Shown: in pieces, positions 9,796-18,271 of the stretch | Position numbering within the stretch: the stretch's first letter is position 1 | Layout of the letters: each line of letters opens with the position of its first letter | NCBI GenBank assembly: GCA_049322955.1 | Contig: JBMOPU010000033.1 | Span: forward strand, 784 to 64,783 | Length of the DNA stretch: 64,000 bases | From: Patescibacteria group bacterium | Lineage (GTDB): Bacteria; Patescibacteriota; Microgenomatia; UBA10105; UBA927 | Direction: 5' to 3' | The notes under the pieces: generated by a model | Databases searched by the model: none | What the model was told of the DNA's origin: nothing | The model's input: only the letters and a program-made list of their open reading frames with translations | Position numbers and translations under genes: made by a program

Positions 9796-10398
9796 ATGTT
9801 CACACTTCCCGATCTTACCTATGCCTATAACGCCCTTGAACCCTTCATTGATGAGAAAACGATGCAGATCCATCATGACAAGCATCACGCCGCATATGTC
9901 AAAAATTTGAATGATGCATTGGCGGGAAATGACGCATTGCTCGCTCTTCCGATAGAATCCCTGATCAAAGATCTTTCCCAGGTTCCCGAGCAGGTTCGCA
10001 TGAAAGTACGAAACAACGGAGGCGGGCATTATAACCATTCGCTTTTTTGGGAAATTATGGGGCCCGGAGAAGGAATGCCGACAGGAGTTCTCGCCGATGC
10101 GATTACGGCATCGTTCGGATCATTTGCCGTATTCCAGGAAAAGTTTGCCGCCGCGGGAATGGGAAGGTTCGGGAGCGGTTGGGTATGGCTTGTTGCGGAT
10201 AAGGGCACGCTTTCCATCGTCGATACCCCCAATCAGGATAACCCGCTCATGGAAGGAAAAACGCCCGTACTGGGACTTGATGTCTGGGAACACGCCTATT
10301 ACTTGAAGTATCAAAACGTCCGTGCCGACTACATTGCCGCCTGGTGGCATGTCGTTAATTGGAAGGCCGTGGAAAAACGATTCGCCGACGCCAAGTAA
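9796..10398 (+). CDS. sod: Fe/Mn superoxide dismutase
   Basis: [10 protein letters not shown] and [13 protein letters not shown](V)RADY signature; 200 aa. Confidence 0.9.
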   Translation: MFTLPDLTYAYNALEPFIDEKTMQIHHDKHHAAYVKNLNDALAGNDALLALPIESLIKDLSQVPEQVRMKVRNNGGGHYNHSLFWEIMGPGEGMPTGVLADAITASFGSFAVFQEKFAAAGMGRFGSGWVWLVADKGTLSIVDTPNQDNPLMEGKTPVLGLDVWEHAYYLKYQNVRADYIAAWWHVVNWKAVEKRFADAK

Positions 10399-10399
10399 T

Positions 10400-11140
10400 A
10401 TGCGATTTGCCGACCCGTATGCCTTAAAAATCAAGCCGACCCGCGAAACCGTTATTTTTGCCGCAAGTCAGCATATCGGGACAAAGCCGGTGCAGTGTGA
10501 TTATTTTTTAAATTTTAACGACGAATGCTTCGTATTAGCCGACGGTCTCGATACCCTGCCGCATAGCGCGGTCGCCGCAAAATTTGCCTGTGAAACAGCC
10601 ATATGGGCATATAAGCATATACGGCAACACCGGTATTACTGGATGGATAAGAAATTGTTTATGCGTAGAATTTTCCGTTCGACGAATCTCGCGGTTTGGC
10701 AAAAAAGAAAAGAAGCCGGATATGAGGCGGGTATGGCCACAACGCTCACGGTACTTCTGGTCGGAGCAAGACATTATTGGTTGGGGTCCGCAGGACCGAC
10801 GGGCGCGTGGCATATTCGCGGAAGCACATTTACCAAGCTGACGCCCGATATCGACACGCTCCGTCCGATTGAACAGCAACAGTATCTCGGTACGCAACGT
10901 CTCGGATTGGTTCCCTCATATAAAACCGCAACGTTCGAAGAAGGGGAGGCGATCATCCTTGCCTCATCCGGTTGCGGCAACTATCTTACTCCCATGGATA
11001 TTTCCACTGCGGCCGCCATGTCGGGAAGATCTGTCGATGATGCAACATCGGCCGTTATGGCGTTGGTGCAGGCGTCGGGGCAAAACGGGTCGACCGAAAA
11101 TCAAACAGGCGTGCTGGTCAAGCGACTCGAGCGGGCGTAA
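10400..11140 (+). CDS. PP2C-like protein, probably degenerate (pseudo-phosphatase)
   Basis: ADGLDTLPHSAVAAKFA aligns to PP2C motif ADGMGGHxxGExAS; TTLTVLLV; but GDSR is replaced by GSAG and SDGL by SSGCG, so two metal-ligand Asp are missing. Confidence 0.45.
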   Translation: MRFADPYALKIKPTRETVIFAASQHIGTKPVQCDYFLNFNDECFVLADGLDTLPHSAVAAKFACETAIWAYKHIRQHRYYWMDKKLFMRRIFRSTNLAVWQKRKEAGYEAGMATTLTVLLVGARHYWLGSAGPTGAWHIRGSTFTKLTPDIDTLRPIEQQQYLGTQRLGLVPSYKTATFEEGEAIILASSGCGNYLTPMDISTAAAMSGRSVDDATSAVMALVQASGQNGSTENQTGVLVKRLERA

Positions 11141-11144
11141 TACC

Positions 11145-11453
11145 ATGGAAGAAACACTCAAGAACCTTATCCGACGGATAGAATCCGCGGCAATACCCGA
11201 AAGCGATAAGATACATTTGTATCTTGAAATCCGCTACGCCCTGCAGGCGGCGGTAACGCCGGTTATCGTGTCGCATCTTCCGAAAGAACAAGTGCAGGCA
11301 CTGGTAAAAAATCTTTCCTCGGTGACGCTTGACGGGTATATTACCCTGCTATCCACCGCAATACACAAAGAAGGCGTACTGGAAGAAATCGAAGAGTCTA
11401 TGCGGGAAGTCTTGGACGAAATCGGAAAGGCACTTACCGAATCAGGCGTATAA
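11145..11453 (+). CDS. small hypothetical protein (102 aa)
   Basis: ATG 5 nt after the upstream stop; helical, acidic; no motif. Confidence 0.35.
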   Translation: MEETLKNLIRRIESAAIPESDKIHLYLEIRYALQAAVTPVIVSHLPKEQVQALVKNLSSVTLDGYITLLSTAIHKEGVLEEIEESMREVLDEIGKALTESGV

Positions 11454-11466
11454 TGGGGGAATCCGT

Positions 11467-11955
11467 ATGACAGAAACACTGGTATCCGAAGAAGAAAAAG
11501 CGGCAAAAGGCACGGAAATCCGAAAAAAAGTGACGGAACGGATTCGCACATGGGTTCGCGAAAAATCTCAAGGCATTGAGCAGGCCGACCGTCATGCATT
11601 TGCCGCCGTCAAGAAACAGGCGGTTGAAGGACAGTCGCAAAAAAATATCGCCGCCAGGATAAAATCGGCGCTTGAAAGCGGGGGAGCGGCGGTCAAGGAC
11701 GAAGCGTCGAAAACGAAAAAGAAAATGCTTGTAAAGACATTGGGGATTGTCGCATCCATCGGGGCGTTTATCGATCCCGAACCGGTATCAAAAGCGGCGC
11801 TTGCCGCTACGGCAACCGGTATCGGGGTTGCGGAAAAAGCCTCGGAGCTCAAGGCGATGAAAGACGCGCATGATAGCAAAATAGCCGGAGGGAACGAAAA
11901 GATGCAAGCAAATATTGCGGAACGAATTCTCAGCGTCGGGAACCCCGCGGCGTAA
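11467..11955 (+). CDS. hypothetical Lys/Ala-rich protein with one hydrophobic segment
   Basis: ORF in operon-like array; segment LGIVASIGAFI; no motif. Confidence 0.35.
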   Translation: MTETLVSEEEKAAKGTEIRKKVTERIRTWVREKSQGIEQADRHAFAAVKKQAVEGQSQKNIAARIKSALESGGAAVKDEASKTKKKMLVKTLGIVASIGAFIDPEPVSKAALAATATGIGVAEKASELKAMKDAHDSKIAGGNEKMQANIAERILSVGNPAA

Positions 11956-11998
11956 GCACACCCTTGGTTTCTTTCCCGTTGCCCTCTATACTGTATGT

Positions 11999-13483
11999 AT
12001 GCCTGCCGATTTTTTTGCCGACATAAGCGATAAGGGAACGCCTCCCAACTTTTTCTTTTTTGACGGGACCACCTGGCAAGGCAGTACCACGGGAAAAACA
12101 GTCTCCGTCATTTCTCCGATTGATAACACGCTTGTCGGAACCCTTCCGATGGTTTCTCATGAGGAAATTGACCGTGTGCTTGCGACCGCAAAGCTCGCCC
12201 AACCGTTATGGGAGGCTGTACCGCTTAATAAGCGCGTTGGCATCATGCACCTTGCGGCAGACTGGATACGCCACCTCCAGGATTATCTTATCGCGTTGCT
12301 CATCCGCGAGGTCGGAAAATCCGCCGATGAGGCAAAAGGGGAAATAGTACGAACCGCCGATCTTATTGATTATTTCGCCGATGAGGCACAGTCCATGCGG
12401 GGGATGACGCTTGATAGTGATAATTTCCCGGGTTTTGAAAAGGGAAGAATTGCCGTCATTGAGCGGGTTCCGTACGGAACCGTGCTTGCCATTGCGCCGT
12501 TTAATTATCCCGTGAATCTTACCGCCAGTAAAATCGCGCCGGCACTTCTTATGGGAAACAGCGTTGTCGTAAAGCCTCCTACCCAAGGAGGGATATCGGC
12601 AACGCACCTTGTTCGGATTTTCGAAAAAGCGGGAGTTCCCGCGGGAGTAATTACCACTCTTACCGGTACCGGAGAAGTGATCGGTGAGTATCTCGTTCCC
12701 CACAAGGATGTGTCGATGGTCGCTTTTACCGGCAATTCCGATACCGGAATAGGAATAGCGGGAAAAGCCGCCATGAAGCCATTACTTTTTGAATGCGGCG
12801 GCAATAACCCCGTCGTCGTGATGCCTGATGCGGATTTTGCGGTTACGGTTCGCGAAATTATCAAAGGGGCATTTGCCTATAGCGGACAGCGGTGCACGGG
12901 GATTAAGTATGTGCTTACCACCCCCGCTATCCGTGAGCAGTTGGTACGTATGCTTTTGAAGACGCTTCCCGAAATGGTGCATCCGGGAGATCCGCGCAGT
13001 CCGGAAACCAAGCTCGTCGGCCCCGTTATTTCCGAAGCCGCCGCCATACGCATTGAAGAGGCCATAACAACGTCGGTGAAAAACGGCGCAAAACTTGTCT
13101 GCGGCGGCAAACGAACCAACGCCATGATTGAACCGACGGTGCTTACGGGGGTTATCCCCAGCATGCCGATTATCGCAAAAGAAACATTCGGACCGGTGGT
13201 GTCGTTTGTGGATGTTTCGTCATTTGACGAGGCGGTGACCATTATCAACAACTCCTCATATGGGTTGCAGGCAAGTATATTCACCAAAGACGAAGGAACA
13301 GGGCTGGTATTTGCCAAAAGATTAAACGTCGGATCGGTACAGATAAACGGGAGTCCCCAACGGGGGCCGGATCATTTCCCGTTCCTCGGCGTGAAGCACT
13401 CCGGCGTGGGAGTGCAGGGAGTGCGATACAGCCTTGAAGCCGTGAGCAGACTCCGCCCCGTCGTGCTTAATAAACCGCAATAA
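11999..13483 (+). CDS. gapN: NADP-dependent non-phosphorylating glyceraldehyde-3-phosphate dehydrogenase (aldehyde dehydrogenase family, GapN-like)
   Basis: ALDH fold; catalytic Cys in SGQRCTG; Glu in FECGGNNP; GapN-like N-terminus; start at internal Met 11999 to avoid overlap. Confidence 0.75.
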   Translation: MPADFFADISDKGTPPNFFFFDGTTWQGSTTGKTVSVISPIDNTLVGTLPMVSHEEIDRVLATAKLAQPLWEAVPLNKRVGIMHLAADWIRHLQDYLIALLIREVGKSADEAKGEIVRTADLIDYFADEAQSMRGMTLDSDNFPGFEKGRIAVIERVPYGTVLAIAPFNYPVNLTASKIAPALLMGNSVVVKPPTQGGISATHLVRIFEKAGVPAGVITTLTGTGEVIGEYLVPHKDVSMVAFTGNSDTGIGIAGKAAMKPLLFECGGNNPVVVMPDADFAVTVREIIKGAFAYSGQRCTGIKYVLTTPAIREQLVRMLLKTLPEMVHPGDPRSPETKLVGPVISEAAAIRIEEAITTSVKNGAKLVCGGKRTNAMIEPTVLTGVIPSMPIIAKETFGPVVSFVDVSSFDEAVTIINNSSYGLQASIFTKDEGTGLVFAKRLNVGSVQINGSPQRGPDHFPFLGVKHSGVGVQGVRYSLEAVSRLRPVVLNKPQ

Positions 13484-13542
13484 CCCCCTCGTCTTGACAT
13501 CCCCAGACAAACGATACACACTGGATGGTAAGGAGCATTTAT

Positions 13543-14976
13543 ATGGCAAAAAAAGTTGTTGCACCAAAATCGAATCTTGTTTCCGTTGTTTCGTTTGTTA
13601 CCTTACTTTTGATTCTTGTTTCCGTATTTGTGATGAGCGGCAGTTTTGCCGATTTTGTGACCACCGTGACGAAAACGAAAGCCTCACGGGCAAATCCCAA
13701 AGTGAGCGAATCGTTTGTTGACGCATTCAATGACGGCAAGATCAATGAGGAGAAATGGTCGGTAGGAAAAACCGACGGAGCAAACGTCATTGAAACTGCC
13801 AAAGACAACCTTCGCTTCGATATTTCCGAGGGCAACGTCGGCGGCAAAGTGAAGGGTGCGTCGCTCACGTTCAAAGAGTTGTTCAAAGACAGCGGAGATT
13901 TTCGTGCCTATGCCGTTGTGTATAAACCCACGGTGACGGGAGAGGGAACGGGTGTTACCGCGTTGCGGTTTTCGTCAAAGGGAACCGATGATGATGAGGC
14001 GGCGGTGGTACGATGGCAGGTAAGTAGTTCAAACAGTAAGGTCATGTTCTTCGTCAACGGTCCCAACGGCACCCGAATTGAAACGGAGCAAAAAGATGTC
14101 AACAGTAATATCGCGATTCTTCGGCTTGACCGGATAAATAAGAAGTATCGCGCGTTTTATAAGCTGGGGGCGGATGCTACGGGCGATGCGGGGTGGATTC
14201 CTCTCGGTAGCGAGCAGGCGATATCGCTCGGTAACGAAGGGAGAATTTCGCTGCGTTCGAACAACACGGGAGCAAACGGGAAATTCCCGAAGGTTGTCGG
14301 AAGAATCGATCAAATCAACATCGCTTGGGAAGGCGAACCGTCAACAAGAAATGGTTTCTCCGACGCATTTGCCGACGGCAATCTCGGAAAGCAATGGAAG
14401 GTCACCCGCTCCGACGGGGCGCAGGTGTATGAAAATAAAAATGATAATCTGATCATGTCTCTTCCGACGGGTCCCATCCAAAACAAAGGAAGATATGCGG
14501 TGGTTACCCGGACGCAACCGGTAATACCCGAAGGAAAAGAATTTGCGTTGCAGACCCGCATGTTCAAGCCGGTTGTCGTTGGAGAAGGCAGTGGCTATGC
14601 GGGTATCCGGTTTGTCTCGGGAGGAAAAGCCGACGATGAAGCGGCATCGCTCCGATGGGTAGTAGGAAAGGATATAAGTCGCATGGTATTCGTGGTGAGA
14701 AGTCCCGACGGCACGCTCGCGGAAAAGGCGACGGTGAATGTACCCGTGACGCTGAAAGCCGCGACACTGCGTCTTACCCGCGTAGGAAATTCGTATCGGG
14801 GATGGTACCGCACGGGAGATGCCGATACCGATTGGGTGGCGATAGGGAGTGAAACGAGCGCAAACTTCGGTGCGAACGGGACGGTTGCTCTAATGGTCAG
14901 CAATGCAAACACGCCGAATAAATATCCGCGTGTCGTGGGGCGATTTGACCAGGCAAGCGGGTCAGTCGAGAAGTAA
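13543..14976 (+). CDS. secreted/membrane-anchored protein with two tandem ~230 aa lectin/glucanase-like (ConA-like, DUF1080-type) domains
   Basis: AAGGAG RBS; N-terminal TM; internal duplication (SESFVDAFNDGKINEEKWSVGKTDGANV vs NGFSDAFADGNLGKQWKVTRSDGAQV; RWQV/RWVV). Confidence 0.45.
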   Translation: MAKKVVAPKSNLVSVVSFVTLLLILVSVFVMSGSFADFVTTVTKTKASRANPKVSESFVDAFNDGKINEEKWSVGKTDGANVIETAKDNLRFDISEGNVGGKVKGASLTFKELFKDSGDFRAYAVVYKPTVTGEGTGVTALRFSSKGTDDDEAAVVRWQVSSSNSKVMFFVNGPNGTRIETEQKDVNSNIAILRLDRINKKYRAFYKLGADATGDAGWIPLGSEQAISLGNEGRISLRSNNTGANGKFPKVVGRIDQINIAWEGEPSTRNGFSDAFADGNLGKQWKVTRSDGAQVYENKNDNLIMSLPTGPIQNKGRYAVVTRTQPVIPEGKEFALQTRMFKPVVVGEGSGYAGIRFVSGGKADDEAASLRWVVGKDISRMVFVVRSPDGTLAEKATVNVPVTLKAATLRLTRVGNSYRGWYRTGDADTDWVAIGSETSANFGANGTVALMVSNANTPNKYPRVVGRFDQASGSVEK

Positions 14977-15004
14977 CGACTCGTGTTACGGCATTCGGAG
15001 ATAC

Positions 15005-15592
15005 TTATATTCTCTGTGAGAGATGGTGTCTTCGTACGAACTTGATTTGCTCGGCGCTATAGCCCAATTGTTCCAAAAACGTCTGGATCTCCGCTTTTGT
15101 TTTTCCTTCCCGTTCCATCTTTCGGGTAAAGGTATATACCCACTCCGTCACCTCAAACGGCTGGAGTATCCATTGCGTCGTCTGCTTGGCAAAATAATCG
15201 GGTCGTACGGACGAATGGGGCTTATAAAACAACGTCGCGGTGGTAATCGTTTTCGGATCGAATTCCTTAAGATACGAGACCGCCCGTTTGAGCGTCGTCC
15301 CGGTGTCGGCGATGTCATCCACCAAAAGCACGCGTTTATTGTCTATCCGTTCGGACAATGCGCCGGTAATTTTGACCTCTCCCTGTTGCTGAATATCGGT
15401 ATAGCTTTGAATCGTGATGGAACTTATGGGTATCCGTAAAAAATCCGAAAGCAGATGTCCGAACGTGAGACCGCCCCGTCCGATGGCGACGATACAGTCA
15501 AACGGCGCTTCGTGCACAAGGATTGCGGCGGCAATTTTTTGCGAAAGGGAGTGGTATTCTTTCCAGCTAATGGAGAGGTAGCGAATGCGCAT
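15005..15592 (-). CDS. hpt: purine phosphoribosyltransferase (hypoxanthine/guanine PRT-like, type I PRTase)
   Basis: PRPP-binding motif VLLVDDIADTGTTL. Confidence 0.7.
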   Translation of the reverse strand: MRIRYLSISWKEYHSLSQKIAAAILVHEAPFDCIVAIGRGGLTFGHLLSDFLRIPISSITIQSYTDIQQQGEVKITGALSERIDNKRVLLVDDIADTGTTLKRAVSYLKEFDPKTITTATLFYKPHSSVRPDYFAKQTTQWILQPFEVTEWVYTFTRKMEREGKTKAEIQTFLEQLGYSAEQIKFVRRHHLSQRI

Positions 15593-15687
15593 ACGATAGT
15601 ATTAAATTTAGCGCACGTCTTTGTCAACAAGATCGATCGGATACGGGATACCCTTGACTGTGTTTATTTGGATTCTATAATACGTGT

Positions 15688-16302
15688 ATGGATACCCCCA
15701 ACACGGCGACAGGACTCAAATATTCAAGCGTCGCGATATCCGGCCGCCCCGGTGCCGGGCGAAGCACTTTGCTGAAAAATCTCCGTCCTCACCTTGAACC
15801 GCTCGGGTTTGAATTTTTCTCGGGAGGAGATTGGTCCCGACAATATGCCATAAAAATGGGCACCCATGATCCCAACGACGCGAAACACCATTTGGCGACG
15901 GATTACGGAGACGATATAGACTATCAGATAGATCAGGCATTACGGGAGAAAATCTCCCACCCGGAAAATCACATGGCGGTGGAAAGCTGGATCGCGGGAT
16001 GGAACGCCAGAGGATACTCCCATGTGTTAAAGGTGCTTCTTATGTGCGACGATTCTCTGCGCATTGATCGGATCGTCAACCGCGACAACGCAACCGTAGA
16101 AGATGCAAAAAACCATTTGCGGGAACGGGAAGATGCTAACATCGGGAAATGGAAGCGTTTATACGGAGTCAACGATTTTTGGGATCCCCGGCATTATGAT
16201 CTTGTCATTAACACATATTCCCATGGTCCGGGTCAGACGCTCGATGTGGTGTTGCAGGCGCTGGGATACTTTCGGGTCAACGGCCAGCCCAAAGCGGTCT
16301 AA
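15688..16302 (+). CDS. P-loop nucleotide/nucleoside kinase (cytidylate kinase-like AAA)
   Basis: Walker A ISGRPGAGRSTL near the N-terminus; 204 aa. Confidence 0.5.
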   Translation: MDTPNTATGLKYSSVAISGRPGAGRSTLLKNLRPHLEPLGFEFFSGGDWSRQYAIKMGTHDPNDAKHHLATDYGDDIDYQIDQALREKISHPENHMAVESWIAGWNARGYSHVLKVLLMCDDSLRIDRIVNRDNATVEDAKNHLREREDANIGKWKRLYGVNDFWDPRHYDLVINTYSHGPGQTLDVVLQALGYFRVNGQPKAV

Positions 16303-16368
16303 AAATCTCACGAATACATTTTGTATTCTTTTTTATTTACTCATATCATTGTGACGGTTGATTATTAA

Positions 16369-16965
16369 ATGTTCTTTGCCAAAAAAATGATTCCGACCGG
16401 TCAGCAAATAGAGGAATTGTGGAATACCTACGGCCTTCCGGAGCGAAAGCGTCATCATTGTAAGCTGGTTGCCGGGGTCGCCGTTTTTTTTGCCGGGCGA
16501 CTTGCGAATACCCCGGACACCCCTCCCGTGAACATACCGCTTCTTGCGGCGGCGGCGCTCCTTCACGATCTTGATAAAATGGCGCCGAAACGCGAAGGCG
16601 AACACCATCCGGATACGGGCGTACGGATCCTTCGTGAACACGGTTTTTCTGCCGTTGCCGACCTGGTCAGAACACATCCCGTCCATGCGATACTTGATCA
16701 AAGTATCGCACCGAAAACGCGCGAGCAGGAACTGTTATATCTTGCCGATAAAATGGTGAAAGATACGGTTATTACCGTGGATAAACGGTTTGCCTTATGG
16801 CAGGAAGAAAACCTCCCCGAGGAGGCACAGCGTATGCTTGCCTCTGCATACCCCCTGGCAAAAGCATTGGAAAGAAAAGTATGTGAGGCAATCGGAATCG
16901 CCCCTGAAGATCTCGTCCGCCTTGCCAACGCAATGGAAACGAGTACAATGGACGTACTGCGTTAA
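16369..16965 (+). CDS. HD-domain phosphohydrolase
   Basis: HD motif LLHDLDK; H...HP metal ligands. Confidence 0.6.
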   Translation: MFFAKKMIPTGQQIEELWNTYGLPERKRHHCKLVAGVAVFFAGRLANTPDTPPVNIPLLAAAALLHDLDKMAPKREGEHHPDTGVRILREHGFSAVADLVRTHPVHAILDQSIAPKTREQELLYLADKMVKDTVITVDKRFALWQEENLPEEAQRMLASAYPLAKALERKVCEAIGIAPEDLVRLANAMETSTMDVLR

Positions 16966-16978
16966 GAAGGAGGATGCT

Positions 16979-17515
16979 ATGAAGAAAATACTTTTTGCAC
17001 TCTGTCTGTTCTTTGCTCTGCCGTTCTTGTCGAGTGAGGCCGCCTTTGCTCTTGCTCCACGCATCACGGATATCCCTAAACCGTCGGTGACCCCCACGCC
17101 GGGACCGGTGGAATATACGCTTCCGTACCCCGGGATTCTCCCGACGCATCCTCTCTATATGATCAAGTTATTGCGGGACCGAATTATCGAGATGCTCATT
17201 ACCGATCCGTTGAGTAAATCGGAATTTTATATCCTTCAGGCGGACAAAAAGCTCAATATGGCCATAAGCCTGACGAGTGCCAAGAAAACAAAAGAAGCCG
17301 GTGAGGCGTTGAGCGAATCGCTTTCGGCACGGGAGCAGGCATTGACGCTTCTTGGCAATTACAAGAAGTCGGGCAGTACCATCCCCGGGCATCTTTCCGA
17401 AAAGTTTTTTCTGTCTTTGGAAAAACACAACGAGGTGCTCCGTGATTTGGGCAACTCGCCTGATGCGCTCATCTCCCTAAAAACCAAAGCGGAAAAATCG
17501 CTCCGCACCGAGTGA
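16979..17515 (+). CDS. secreted hypothetical protein
   Basis: AAGGAGG RBS then MKKILFALCLFFALPFLSSEAA signal peptide; overlaps the 3' end of the HD gene in another frame. Confidence 0.45.
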   Translation: MKKILFALCLFFALPFLSSEAAFALAPRITDIPKPSVTPTPGPVEYTLPYPGILPTHPLYMIKLLRDRIIEMLITDPLSKSEFYILQADKKLNMAISLTSAKKTKEAGEALSESLSAREQALTLLGNYKKSGSTIPGHLSEKFFLSLEKHNEVLRDLGNSPDALISLKTKAEKSLRTE

Positions 17516-17722
17516 TGAAAGGTATACGTATATAGGTATATAGCCCGTCAGAAAAAACCGGAACCGCATGCTAAGTTGAGTACAGAGCGCATCCTTTTGC
17601 ACAGACGGACACAAAAAACATCGGCGTTTTTCCGTTTTTCACCGTACTTTTCCCTCAAAAAATTTTCACGAGGCTAAAAAAATTGCCTGGGTATCTTTGA
17701 TATAGAAGTTGCCAGTTGACGG

Positions 17723-17771
17723 TCCACTATTAGTGTTTTAGGATTTCTGAGCACACCACACTTAGTGTTTA
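17723..17771 (+). promoter_or_regulatory. two tandem CAC...GTG palindromes (candidate NrdR-type operator) upstream of nrdR-nrdJ
   Basis: cCACTATTAGTGt and aCACTTAGTGt, centres ~33 bp apart, 45-90 nt upstream of the nrdR ATG; inner spacing is shorter than the canonical 16-bp NrdR box. Confidence 0.4.
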
Positions 17772-17813
17772 AAGGTTTCACGACATACTGTTCCAAAAGA
17801 GGAGAAGAGAGCC

Positions 17814-18269
17814 ATGAAATGTCCCTATTGTACCAACAGCGACACTGAGGTTATTGAAACGAGAGATAGTGAAGATCTTGCGGTAACGAGACGAAGACGA
17901 GGGTGCAGTAAATGCGGCAAGCGATTTACCACCTATGAGCGGATAGAGACGGTGCCATTGACCGTCATCAAAAAAGATAACAGGAGAGAGCCGTTTGATC
18001 GGGAGAAATTAGAAAGAGGTATCTGGCGGGCAAGCGGTAAGACGACACTCAAGGGAAGCGACATACGACGAATCGTGGACGAGGTAGAGCGGGAACTCAT
18101 CGGAGGTATCACCACGGAATTGACGAGCAAAAGAATCGGGGAATTGGTGGCAAAGCGATTGAAGAAACTCGATAAGATAGCATATATTCGCTTCGCCAGC
18201 GTATTTAAGCAATTTGTTGATCTTGACGAATTTGAAGGAGAGTTAAAAAAACTTATCAAAAAGAAATAA
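17814..18269 (+). CDS. nrdR: transcriptional repressor NrdR
   Basis: N-terminal zinc ribbon CPYC...CSKC followed by an ATP-cone; 151 aa. Confidence 0.9.
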   Translation: MKCPYCTNSDTEVIETRDSEDLAVTRRRRGCSKCGKRFTTYERIETVPLTVIKKDNRREPFDREKLERGIWRASGKTTLKGSDIRRIVDEVERELIGGITTELTSKRIGELVAKRLKKLDKIAYIRFASVFKQFVDLDEFEGELKKLIKKK

Positions 18270-18271
18270 CT

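Noticed and set aside
10322-10399. Upstream extension of the PP2C-like ORF overlapping the 3' end of sod
   Set aside because: An in-frame ATG at 10400 directly follows the sod stop; the extension overlaps a well-supported gene in another frame.
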